Part shown: piece after piece, positions 1-10,278 of the stretch
Numbering within the stretch: position 1 is the stretch's first letter
Layout: every line of letters starts with the position of its first letter
DNA from: a virus
Reading direction: 5' to 3' (one strand)
Length of the DNA stretch: 64,000 nt
IMG/VR virus record: IMGVR_UViG_3300008448_000012
Coordinates: 50,471-114,470 of that record
The notes under the pieces: generated by a model
Seen by the model: the letters and a program-made list of their open reading frames with translations, nothing else
Told to the model about the DNA's origin: nothing
The model's database searches: none
Position numbers and translations under genes: made by a program

Positions 1-3000
1 ATGAATTGTATAAGTCCATAGATCTCAGATATTCTGGTGTAATGAATGAAGATAAGACCAGAAAGTATTCTCCACAGGTTATAGATAAAATGGTTTATGC
101 TGCTTCAAAGATAGCAAACTATGACTTGCGTATTCCTCAAGTAGAGTCTCCTTTGTCACAAGCTGGAGTAACCACTTTTGATGTTCTTGAAGGAATTATA
201 AAGAACAACAAAGAAAACAAAGAAGCTACAGCACAAGCTCTAGATGTTATAAATAATCTTAATGTCACTTCAGATATCAAAGACGAACTTAAAACAAATT
301 TGTCTGATATTATTGAATTGTCCCTTCGTAGAAAAAAGTTCATGGAGGAATATGACGACATTAAAGATAATCCTTCCAAATATGAAGTGATTGATTACGG
401 TGAACTTGGTGCTCTTGAAGAACCAGGAACAGTTTCAATCAAACAAGAAGTTCCTGAATCTGAAGAAGAAGGAGCTAAAAAGAAAGTTGTAGATAAGGAA
501 ATTGAAGTTGGTAAAGAATACTCTCTGAGACAACCTGTAAGAAGAGAAGGTAATAGATTACAATTTGCTCCTAAGGTTGGTGTATTATCCAAAACTCTTG
601 GTGGAGAATATGAAGTTAAACTTCCTAATGGTAATGTTACATTCTTTACTCCTGAACAGTTTAAAGATTATGAAGTTTCAGATGTAAACCCTGCTTCTCC
701 AAAAATTGCTGAAATTCTTGACAAGGCTATTGATTCTGTTCTTGGTAGAAAAAAGTATGAATCAATTGAGAAGCCTACAGAAGATAAACTTGACTACATC
801 AACAATCTTGATAACAAAGAATTGATTGATGATATTGAACAGGAGTTCAATGAAAAGGCTGAAGAATATCTTAAAGAGTTGGCTAGTGAAGTGGCTAGAG
901 TTGAGAGGTTGATGAACAACTCTGAACAACTTAAAAAGACACAAGAAGATATTGAAAAGCTTTCTGGAGACAATCCTACAAATGATGATGAGTCTGACAT
1001 TGAGTTAAGTGAGAACTTCTGGGAGGACATGAAGAAGTCAGCTATACGATTGTTCAAGTCTACAATAAATGCTTCAGAAGATTGGGAAAAAGGTCCTCTT
1101 GCTCCACACATCACTCGTTTCATTGAGTTCACTAATAAAGCAAAAGACTTTACAAACAGGTCAAAGCTTAAGGTTATTCTTGTAACTTCAGCATCTCAGA
1201 AAGCACTTGGTCTTGATGGTCTTGCTCAAATGTCATTTGAAGCAGGTGGAGATAAATCTCTTCTTGTTGGTAAAGAAGAATTTGATAAGCTTGATGACAA
1301 CAAGAAGAAAGAAGTTATTACAAATGGTTTTGTAGGTGCTGTTGTTGTTGAGATGGACAAGAACGGAAATATGTTCTTTGTCAACAAGAATGGAGAACGC
1401 ATCAAATCTCCTGAAGGCAATGATATCAAGGTGACAGAACAGGCTCCTATTAATGATGTTGTTTTTTCAACAATGCCTGCTGTAAACCTTTACTATTCAA
1501 ATGATGAGAAGAGTCCTAGATATAGGAGTGGTGAGAAAGAAGAAGCTGCAAATTATGCTGCTGCATGGGAGGTTTATCGTAAAGGTCTTTTTGAAGGAAA
1601 TCCTAAATCTGCTACAATATTTGACTTTGGTATATCCAAAGGAATTCCTGTAATAAACAAAGAAGCTCGTGAGAAAAACTTTGTAGGAAATACACTTATT
1701 GATAATGATAAGCTTGCCACTCAAAACCTTATAGTTGTATCTACAAAAGGTGCAATTGCTCATGAGGATGGTAATAACTACAGGTTTGCAAATGGAAGAC
1801 CTGTATTTAAGAATGCTGATGATTTGGCATATCTTAACAACAATAGGTTTTCAAAAAATAAAGCTAAGGCAATATTTTCTGTTATCAAGAAATGGTCTGA
1901 TGAAATCAACCAACAGATTGTTGATAACAAGAACATTGTTGTAAATGAAAACTATTCGAAGTTTCTTCAGAACGTTCTTTATTGGAACTCTAAACCTGGA
2001 GCACTTCCTAGTGCAAATAAAATTTATTTAGATACTAACACAGGTCTTCTCCATGTTGGTACTAAAATAGATGGTGAGATTAGAGAAAACACATATGATT
2101 TTGCCAACATAGGAAAATATGAAAATGAGGTTATAAATGATTTGACAAATGCCTACCACAATGTTAATAACAAAACATTGGAGTTAGGACTTGCTGAACC
2201 ATTTTTGGAATTCTATCTGGATGAGAATGGTGATCTTAAAGAAAGAACTTGGACCAACTATCAATCATATTTGCTGTCTAATGTAAATCCTGATGGTAGC
2301 AATCGTTTGATTGAGGATGCTCCTTTGTTTACAAATATCTCCAAACCAACAGAAAGTGTTCCATATCCATTCAAACAGAAATATCTCTATCTGCAAGGAA
2401 TGGATCTTCCTGTTGAGGAAGTAAAACCTAAGGAAGATGAAAAGAAAGGAGACCCTACTCCTGCAGCTCCTTCAAATAAGATTGGAGAATATTTTGTAGA
2501 TGGCAAAACAGTTAATAAATACAATATTGCCAGTATCAAAAAGGATGTAGAGCTCACTATAGATATAGATGAGAATGGTGAACCTAATGTAACACTTATA
2601 TCAAGTGAAGGAAATAAAGACGCAATAGATACAATCCTTAAGCCAGAAAACGCAGCTCTTAAAAATACACTCATAGGAGTTCTGAAAAACAGTAAGGATG
2701 CTGATGGGAATTCTTTATTTGAGGCTGATAAACCTGATGACTATCTTATTGGAAAGGCTATTTCATATAGCATCAAGTCTAAAGTGGTACAGATTAGTAA
2801 GGAACAAAAACCAGAACCTTCAACATCAAACACACCACCACCTCCTCCTCCACCACCACCTCCTGTTACTCCAAAATTAACTAGGAAAGAAGAAATACTA
2901 AATAAGTTAAAAAGTATAAGAGGAAATAGTTTAGGATTTTCTAGTAGAACAACTCCTGGAACAACTAAGTGGACTGAAGATGGAACTAAGGTGACATTCA

Positions 3001-6000
3001 ATAGTAGTAACAGAGATAAGTATAATAGGGGTAATGAGATATTTACAATAAATGATAAGACTACAATATCTGTAGATTATAACCAAAGACCTTCAAATGG
3101 TTTTAGGGGCATGGAGGAACTTCCTTTTAATGCTTATTATTCTGAAAATCCAAAAGCTCTTCTTGATGAATTAGCTGCTTTAGAAAAAGAAGAAGAAGTT
3201 AAACCTACTGTAGTAGAAGTTACACCTGCTGAAGAGACTAAACCTGAGACACAAGCTCCAGTTGATTTTAGTTATATAGATGATTCTGACGATAGCACTG
3301 TTTATAAAAGAGTGGGAGTTGATACAGAAGCTGAACCTATGTCAGAAGCTGAAGTGGAATTCTTTAAGGATTTTGTTGGTAAAAAAGTTCCTGGTATTCC
3401 ATATGAATTTATGGACAACCTCATTAGAACATATGATAATGAAGATGCATATGGTTCTTTTGAAAAGGGGATGATGAAGATATATAAGAAAGCAGCTAAG
3501 GGTACAGCATTCCATGAATTGATGGAAGGCGTATGGATGGGCTTTCTTTCTCCAGAAAGAAGAAGAGCAATTCTGGATGAGTTCAAATCCAAGAAAGGAA
3601 GTTTTGTAGACAGAGCTTCTGGACGAAAGATTGATTATAATGAGGCTACAGATCAGGAAGCAAAGGAAAGAATCATGGATGACTTTGCTGAATTCATGGA
3701 TGGAAAGATTCCTGCTAAGTCTGTATCTGAAAAAATATTGCAATGGTTTAAGGCAATTCTTGATTACATCAAAGCTATTGTAAACAAAGGATCTTTAAAG
3801 GATGAATTGTTTAGAGAAGTGTATAGAGGTAAATTCAAGAATGCAGTGTTTCCACAAGAGAAAATGGGAGCTGCTGCTGAGTATAGAGAAGTTGAAGGAT
3901 TGAACCAACAACAAGTTAATGACTTTGTACAAGACATCACTGCAAGAGTATTCCAAATAGTATTTAAGACAAAACGTTCTTTGTTCAATCCTGAAGAGAT
4001 TACATCCAAACAAATATTTGATGATGTAAAAGAACAATATGTTCAGAAGGGATACTTCAAGAAAATATCTGATAAAACATTTGATGAACTTGTAGATAGG
4101 ACAAGAGACTATCTTAGAGTGTTCAATATTGAGTTTGATAGTGATGGTAATATTAACATCAATGATGAGGGAGCTAATAATAGAGACTATGCTGCTGAAA
4201 CATTCAGTATAAACTTTAAGAAGTCTTCTCCTTATGCTGTTAAACTTCTAATTAGTTCATTGATTAGGACAGGAAGAGTTAATCAGGAAAAGATACTCAC
4301 TCCTAGTGCAGATATTGTTGCTGATAAAACTGGGTCTAGTGTTAAAGGATTTATGCTTGTTCCTTTTGGACAATCGTTCAATATATTGATGAACAAGTTG
4401 AATAACACTCTTGACAAAGATGACTTTGTAAGAAAGCTTTATTCTCTTGCTAAAGAGAACTCTGATTATATAGCACTGTTCAAACGTTTGGGTGGTGATT
4501 TTGCTACAGGTAAAATCAACTTCAACAATTATGAAGATCATGACTGGAGACTGTTTACAAGTTTCTATCAGGTGTTTACAAAACAACTTCCTGATGGAAT
4601 CACCCAATATGTTGATGGTGGACAGGTTTACAGTGGATCAGCAAACCAATCTAGAGCAATAGATCAGATTGGTAAAGAGTGGACAGAGAATATAAAAGAA
4701 CTTGCAAACAAGAAGGATTCCATAATACAATATGATCCAATTGGTAAAGCATACAAAGTTGATAAAAGTTCAGATAAGTATAAATCAATCGATATAGGAA
4801 GTCCTTCAAAGATGATTGATTTTCTTAATGAACTAGGAATCAATTTCTCTATAAGCACATACAATAGACTTAAAGGAAAACAACTAATAAATTTTGCAGA
4901 AGCTGTAAGTGGTATTAAGACAGGTCTTGATAAGAGTGGTGTATTGATATCCATGAAGATTAAGAATAAAGAACTTGATATTACAGGAAACATCAATACA
5001 ATTGCTGATCTTTATGTAAAGGCAGAAAATCCTACAGTAGAAACAACATTCTTCAATAACTCAGGTAAGCAACAACAAGCTTTCACTGATAGCAATGCTC
5101 CTTCTGTATTTGAATCTATATTCAATTCTGTTGAAACTCTAGAAGAGCTTAAAAAGAAAATGCCTCAATTGAATGATGTATTTTCAACCACTTCCCAATT
5201 GCTCAAGCGTGGAGGAGTATTCTTTGATGAGAAAGGAAATAGAACAGATGCTAATTTGAAAGTGCAATACATTCTTGGAGATAAAGACAAGAATGATAAT
5301 GATGGAACAACAATTGCAGAACTCAGTCCTGGAAAAAGAAAGTCTCTTGAGATAAATCAAAATATCAAAGGAAGCTATTACATTGTTATCCCTGGAGATG
5401 GTTCTACAGAATGGATGATGAATCTTGGTAATCAGATTGATTACAAAGAGTTTAGAAGAGGAGCTGGTTTTGAAAAAGTGTATGAAATTTTCCAAGGATA
5501 CCTGAAAGATGAAATTGCTTTGGCAAAAGATTCTGAAAACAGGAAGAAGTTAAAGAATGTAGGAAGCAAAGCATCTGAACTCAGATTCTTTAAAGAACTG
5601 CTTTCTGAAGGTGTTCTTAAAAAAGCAAATGATATCATAGCTGATAAAAAAGCTACACCTGCAGATATAGAAAAATTCATTGCAGATAATGCAGAAGCTA
5701 TCAACTTGTCCATAAAAAATTTCATTGATTCTAGTGCAAGAAAAACATTGGAATCACTGAAATACAATGGTGAGATTGTTCTGAATAAGAACGGATCATA
5801 CAGCTACAAAGGACTTGATTCAAACTTCTCAAGGAACAATGATATAAATCAAAACAAAATGTCAGAAGAACAACTTCTGAACTTGCTGACATTCACAAAT
5901 GCCAATTTTGCAATAAACAACATAGAGTATCACAAGGTTCTCTTTGGTGATCCATATCAGTTCAAGATTGCTAATAAGGACGGTAAAGTGATTTTGGATG

Positions 6001-9000
6001 AAACCAAACGTATTAAATCATTCCTTTCTCCAAGAAGAGTTACTCTCAGTTTTGATGAGATGAACAACTGGTATGATAAAGAGTACAATAAAGTTGGTCA
6101 AATCAGTCTTACTAAAGATGACTATGGATATCATCAGTTTAAGAACTATGCTAAAACATTCACTGCTAAAGATGTAGAGATTGTTGGTAGTCTTGCTTCA
6201 AGGTTCCCTGCTTATGCTAAAACCAATGAGGCAGATGCTGCTTCATGGATTAGTGCAACTGCTTACAGAGAAGTTAAAATTAAAAACGGTCAATGGAGCG
6301 AAGAAGCTGAAAGATTCCATCAATGGCAAATGGCTTATACAAGACAGAACATTCCTGGATATGTATACACCAATGAAGCATTGAGAGAACTGGATGCAAA
6401 GATTATAAGCTATCCAGTTCCCAACTATACAATTGAGGTTATTAAACCTATTGTAACAGGAAACAAGTTCCAAAAGAATGATATAAATCTGGTATTGGAT
6501 AAGTTTTCTCAAATGCCTATTTACTATCAAGCTGTAAAAGGAACTAATCTTGAAAGTCTTTATATAAAGATGTTCAAGGGTGGATATGATTATGTAGTTG
6601 TTGAGAGTGGTAGGAAAGTTGGAATAGAAGGATTGCAAGAATTGTATAAACCAAATGGTGAATTCAATGATGATGCTGCAATCAACAATACTATCAATGT
6701 TCCTTGGTCAGCATACGGTATTCAAGTGGAGAACAGTTATAATAAAGAAAAACTGCAAACACTTGGTTCTCAGCTTACTAAACTTGGTACAATGGATTTG
6801 TACAGGGATGGTGAAGCTATTGGTGATACCCCAGAAAGAAAAGAAGTTATAAAGAAAGCAGTTGAGCGTAACATCACTGCTTTGTCAGAAATGGCAATGA
6901 ATGGATATAACGAACTTCTTAATAAGTTGGGTATTGAAGATCTTGGAGATGGATTTAATATTCTTGACAAAACCACTGTAGCAAATACCCTTAGACAAGA
7001 AATGCTCAAAAGGGAAATATCAGATAATGGAATTGATAGTGTCACTCTCAATAGTCAAACAGGTGAGTTTGAAATTCCTTTTGAAGCATCTACAAACTAC
7101 AAACAAATTAAAGATATTCTTTATTCTATTGTAGACAAATCTATTGCTTCTCCAAAGGTGAACGGTTTCTCTGGTGTACAGGTGGCTGCTACAATGTGGG
7201 AAAAGTCTGGCAAAGGAAGACAGCTTGTACAGAAAATCTATTTCCAAAAAGTTGGAGAAACTCTAAAAGAGATTACCAAAGAAAAATATGACGAACTTCC
7301 AAAATCAGAAAAGTCAACTGATTGGAAGAAAATCACTTCTAAGGAATATGAAAGTCTTCCACAAGATAGACAAGCTGATGTGCAACTGACAAGTGATGCA
7401 CTTAAGTTCTATGAAGACAAAGATGGTAAAAGGTATTGTGAAGTTATGCTTCCTAACTGGTTTAGAAAGAAACTTCCTGCAGGTAAATTTAAGAGTGATG
7501 AAGAACTTATCAATTATCTGAACACCACAGAAGGTGGAAAGATTTTGATGGGTATAGGATTTCGTATTCCTACACAGGCAATTAACTCTGTAGAGGTGTT
7601 TAAGGTGAAAGGGTTCCTTCCAGATTTTATGGGAAGAACTGTAGTGGTTCCTTCAGAAATCACTACTAAGTCAGGATCTGACTTTGACATAGATAAACTC
7701 AACATGTATCTGAAGAATGTGTACATCACTCCTAGTGGTGAAATTAAACTTGTACCATTCTTTGGATTTGGACAGCAGGCTATTGATAAAATGAAAGACT
7801 TCATTTTCCAAGAAGACATCAAGTCTGTAATGAGCATCTATGAAGATGTTACAGGTGATCGTGAAGATGATTATGGTGAACTCTCAGAAAAGCTTTATAA
7901 GCAATCTCTTGAGAATGAATATTATGATTCTCTAGAAGAACTGTTGACACTTCCTGAAAACTTTGAACGTTTGGTTGTCCCAAATACAAGTAAGGATTTG
8001 GAAGATCTTGCCTCTGAACTTAGTAATCTAAGAGGTGAAACTGAGGAAAATGTTAAAAACAGGCTCTTGGATAGAGATGTCATGAGTGACCTTAGGCACA
8101 CATTCATCACTGCAAAAAGATGGGTTGGTAGGGCAGCTGTTAATATTACAAGTCACTCTTTGTTTCAGAAAAGACTAATGTATATTGCAATTCCAAAGTT
8201 TAAAATTGTTCTTCCCCATAACTCTGTAATAATAGATGGCACTCCTTTTGTTTCTCTTTCTGGTACATTAGATAAAGCTGGTAAATACATTTCTGATAAA
8301 CTGTCAATGTATGCCAACTCCTTTGTGGACGTTGTGAAAGATCCATACATTATGAAGATCATTTACAGTGACAGATTGGTTAGTACATTCATGTTCTTGG
8401 AAAGAGCTGGTGTTCCAATGAGATCCATAGGACTGTTTATGAATCAGCCTATTATTAGAGAATATGTAAACATCCTCGATGCTAGTGGTGCAAGTAGTTT
8501 TTCAATTGAATCAGATTCTTCATTTCTTATAATTGGAAAAATGTTTCCAACAAAGAAGGAACTTATTGCAAAAACAAATATTGATGTAAGTAATGCTAGT
8601 TTAGCTGACTCTATATCAAAATACTATAAGGATGGTAAAACGTTAACAGATGCTGAAAATGCTCAACAGCGTTTGATATTAGAACAGTTTATTAGTTATT
8701 ATAAAATGTCTGATAGCTTATTCAAAATAACTCAGGCTACAAACTATGATACCACTAGCTTTAAAAATGCTGATGATCTTTATAGAAAACAAATAGTAAC
8801 TAATTTAACAAATGAGACAAGTCCTATACCATTTGCTCCATTAGAAATATTAAAGTCTTCTCATTTGGGAACTCTTGCTAAAGCTTTAGACAGAGCAGGA
8901 TTGGCATTAGGTGAGATATTAAAATTCAATAAGTCTGAATTTAGAGATGTATTAGAAAGATCAATCTATCAATATGCATCTAATCAATATTTGTCAAAGG

Positions 9001-10277
9001 ATAAGTTCACAAGAGTGGCAGAAAAACTTTCAGCATCATTCTTGGATTACATTATCCAGACAAACATGAACACATTGGATCTTAAATCTCTTGTTGTTGA
9101 TTCTGATTCTGTAGCAAACAGAATAGAACAAGCAAAGGTGCTTTATCCTGAGGTTAAGATATTGAAAGACTTTGTAATGGAATCCAGCGATCTTCCTGGA
9201 GGTGCTAAAACTGTAAAGCTCAGGGCAAACGTTAAAGAGGTGTATGATGAAAATCTCTACATCGGATACATGAGAGAAATGAAATCTCATCCTGCCCTAA
9301 GAGATTTGTATAACGATCTTGTAAAACTGGCTATTGTACAAGGGACATACCAATCTGCAGTATCCATAAAGAACATTGTTCCTTTGGAAGACTATGCAGC
9401 AATTGTTGCTCCTATTATGAAGACATTGAATGTCAATGATAACATTAGGCAGTTCTATAAAGAGAACATGTTCCAGAGAAGTAATTGGAAAGATAAGAAC
9501 ATTGTTCCAAGAGTGAAACCTAGTTTTTATTTGGATGAAGAAGGTGATTATGATCCGCTAATCACTGTAGATGAAAATGATGTTGAAATCTATCAATATA
9601 GCACAAAAGCTTTTCCTGAAATTCTAGAATTAGGAATAACATCTGGACAGAGAAAAATAATGTTACTTAGTCCAAGATCTAAAGGTTCTAAAAATAGTGT
9701 TGTAATAGTTCCTAGAATTGTTACAGTTGGAAACACTAGTGAAATGATTGATTTTATTACAGGACAAACTGTTACAAAGAGCGAGTTTGCCATCAGGAAA
9801 AAAGCTGGTGATCCAACAATAAATGAGATATATGGGTACAAAAGATTGGAAGATAGTAATGGAGAACCTATTACAACAGATAAAGGATATTCTATATACA
9901 AGCAAATCAATCTGTTAGGTGATGGTCAGTATGCTTCTGAGTATAAGTTATTCCCTACAAAGTCTCCAATTAATAATGGTACAGTGAAGATTGAACAGGA
10001 GATTCCTGATAATGACATCATTAGATTTTTACTTAAAGATGTTTCACCAGTTATACCAGCAACATTGCAAACATCTATTTCTAATGAACCTGTAACACCT
10101 ACACAACCTGTAAGTTTTGATATACTAGAAGATTTTACTTTTGAAAGAAAACAGGAAATATTGTCTAACTTTGCTACAAAGCATAAAATGACACAAGAGC
10201 AAGCCAAGAATTATATCAATGAAGCTCTTCAAAAGGATAGAGAAAATACAATAGCTAAACTTAAAGAATGTTATTAA
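1..10277 (+). CDS. Giant virion-packaged RNA polymerase polyprotein (crAss-like two-barrel RNAP), 5'-truncated
   Basis: At least 3423 aa, and the frame is open back to the window edge. Catalytic-loop motif GSDFDIDKL (~7675-7700) is preceded by GFRIPTQA, typical of crAss-like virion RNAP (DFDID variant of NADFDGD). Degenerate zincin motif AFHELME at ~3510. Confidence 0.9.
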   Translation, partial: ELYKSIDLRYSGVMNEDKTRKYSPQVIDKMVYAASKIANYDLRIPQVESPLSQAGVTTFDVLEGIIKNNKENKEATAQALDVINNLNVTSDIKDELKTNLSDIIELSLRRKKFMEEYDDIKDNPSKYEVIDYGELGALEEPGTVSIKQEVPESEEEGAKKKVVDKEIEVGKEYSLRQPVRREGNRLQFAPKVGVLSKTLGGEYEVKLPNGNVTFFTPEQFKDYEVSDVNPASPKIAEILDKAIDSVLGRKKYESIEKPTEDKLDYINNLDNKELIDDIEQEFNEKAEEYLKELASEVARVERLMNNSEQLKKTQEDIEKLSGDNPTNDDESDIELSENFWEDMKKSAIRLFKSTINASEDWEKGPLAPHITRFIEFTNKAKDFTNRSKLKVILVTSASQKALGLDGLAQMSFEAGGDKSLLVGKEEFDKLDDNKKKEVITNGFVGAVVVEMDKNGNMFFVNKNGERIKSPEGNDIKVTEQAPINDVVFSTMPAVNLYYSNDEKSPRYRSGEKEEAANYAAAWEVYRKGLFEGNPKSATIFDFGISKGIPVINKEAREKNFVGNTLIDNDKLATQNLIVVSTKGAIAHEDGNNYRFANGRPVFKNADDLAYLNNNRFSKNKAKAIFSVIKKWSDEINQQIVDNKNIVVNENYSKFLQNVLYWNSKPGALPSANKIYLDTNTGLLHVGTKIDGEIRENTYDFANIGKYENEVINDLTNAYHNVNNKTLELGLAEPFLEFYLDENGDLKERTWTNYQSYLLSNVNPDGSNRLIEDAPLFTNISKPTESVPYPFKQKYLYLQGMDLPVEEVKPKEDEKKGDPTPAAPSNKIGEYFVDGKTVNKYNIASIKKDVELTIDIDENGEPNVTLISSEGNKDAIDTILKPENAALKNTLIGVLKNSKDADGNSLFEADKPDDYLIGKAISYSIKSKVVQISKEQKPEPSTSNTPPPPPPPPPPVTPKLTRKEEILNKLKSIRGNSLGFSSRTTPGTTKWTEDGTKVTFNSSNRDKYNRGNEIFTINDKTTISVDYNQRPSNGFRGMEELPFNAYYSENPKALLDELAALEKEEEVKPTVVEVTPAEETKPETQAPVDFSYIDDSDDSTVYKRVGVDTEAEPMSEAEVEFFKDFVGKKVPGIPYEFMDNLIRTYDNEDAYGSFEKGMMKIYKKAAKGTAFHELMEGVWMGFLSPERRRAILDEFKSKKGSFVDRASGRKIDYNEATDQEAKERIMDDFAEFMDGKIPAKSVSEKILQWFKAILDYIKAIVNKGSLKDELFREVYRGKFKNAVFPQEKMGAAAEYREVEGLNQQQVNDFVQDITARVFQIVFKTKRSLFNPEEITSKQIFDDVKEQYVQKGYFKKISDKTFDELVDRTRDYLRVFNIEFDSDGNININDEGANNRDYAAETFSINFKKSSPYAVKLLISSLIRTGRVNQEKILTPSADIVADKTGSSVKGFMLVPFGQSFNILMNKLNNTLDKDDFVRKLYSLAKENSDYIALFKRLGGDFATGKINFNNYEDHDWRLFTSFYQVFTKQLPDGITQYVDGGQVYSGSANQSRAIDQIGKEWTENIKELANKKDSIIQYDPIGKAYKVDKSSDKYKSIDIGSPSKMIDFLNELGINFSISTYNRLKGKQLINFAEAVSGIKTGLDKSGVLISMKIKNKELDITGNINTIADLYVKAENPTVETTFFNNSGKQQQAFTDSNAPSVFESIFNSVETLEELKKKMPQLNDVFSTTSQLLKRGGVFFDEKGNRTDANLKVQYILGDKDKNDNDGTTIAELSPGKRKSLEINQNIKGSYYIVIPGDGSTEWMMNLGNQIDYKEFRRGAGFEKVYEIFQGYLKDEIALAKDSENRKKLKNVGSKASELRFFKELLSEGVLKKANDIIADKKATPADIEKFIADNAEAINLSIKNFIDSSARKTLESLKYNGEIVLNKNGSYSYKGLDSNFSRNNDINQNKMSEEQLLNLLTFTNANFAINNIEYHKVLFGDPYQFKIANKDGKVILDETKRIKSFLSPRRVTLSFDEMNNWYDKEYNKVGQISLTKDDYGYHQFKNYAKTFTAKDVEIVGSLASRFPAYAKTNEADAASWISATAYREVKIKNGQWSEEAERFHQWQMAYTRQNIPGYVYTNEALRELDAKIISYPVPNYTIEVIKPIVTGNKFQKNDINLVLDKFSQMPIYYQAVKGTNLESLYIKMFKGGYDYVVVESGRKVGIEGLQELYKPNGEFNDDAAINNTINVPWSAYGIQVENSYNKEKLQTLGSQLTKLGTMDLYRDGEAIGDTPERKEVIKKAVERNITALSEMAMNGYNELLNKLGIEDLGDGFNILDKTTVANTLRQEMLKREISDNGIDSVTLNSQTGEFEIPFEASTNYKQIKDILYSIVDKSIASPKVNGFSGVQVAATMWEKSGKGRQLVQKIYFQKVGETLKEITKEKYDELPKSEKSTDWKKITSKEYESLPQDRQADVQLTSDALKFYEDKDGKRYCEVMLPNWFRKKLPAGKFKSDEELINYLNTTEGGKILMGIGFRIPTQAINSVEVFKVKGFLPDFMGRTVVVPSEITTKSGSDFDIDKLNMYLKNVYITPSGEIKLVPFFGFGQQAIDKMKDFIFQEDIKSVMSIYEDVTGDREDDYGELSEKLYKQSLENEYYDSLEELLTLPENFERLVVPNTSKDLEDLASELSNLRGETEENVKNRLLDRDVMSDLRHTFITAKRWVGRAAVNITSHSLFQKRLMYIAIPKFKIVLPHNSVIIDGTPFVSLSGTLDKAGKYISDKLSMYANSFVDVVKDPYIMKIIYSDRLVSTFMFLERAGVPMRSIGLFMNQPIIREYVNILDASGASSFSIESDSSFLIIGKMFPTKKELIAKTNIDVSNASLADSISKYYKDGKTLTDAENAQQRLILEQFISYYKMSDSLFKITQATNYDTTSFKNADDLYRKQIVTNLTNETSPIPFAPLEILKSSHLGTLAKALDRAGLALGEILKFNKSEFRDVLERSIYQYASNQYLSKDKFTRVAEKLSASFLDYIIQTNMNTLDLKSLVVDSDSVANRIEQAKVLYPEVKILKDFVMESSDLPGGAKTVKLRANVKEVYDENLYIGYMREMKSHPALRDLYNDLVKLAIVQGTYQSAVSIKNIVPLEDYAAIVAPIMKTLNVNDNIRQFYKENMFQRSNWKDKNIVPRVKPSFYLDEEGDYDPLITVDENDVEIYQYSTKAFPEILELGITSGQRKIMLLSPRSKGSKNSVVIVPRIVTVGNTSEMIDFITGQTVTKSEFAIRKKAGDPTINEIYGYKRLEDSNGEPITTDKGYSIYKQINLLGDGQYASEYKLFPTKSPINNGTVKIEQEIPDNDIIRFLLKDVSPVIPATLQTSISNEPVTPTQPVSFDILEDFTFERKQEILSNFATKHKMTQEQAKNYINEALQKDRENTIAKLKECY

Positions 10278-10278
10278 T

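Noticed and set aside
2830-2865. Poly-Pro tract as a hydroxyproline glycosylation substrate for the HPAT-like enzyme
   Set aside because: No prolyl hydroxylase is seen in this window; a simple linker is more likely.
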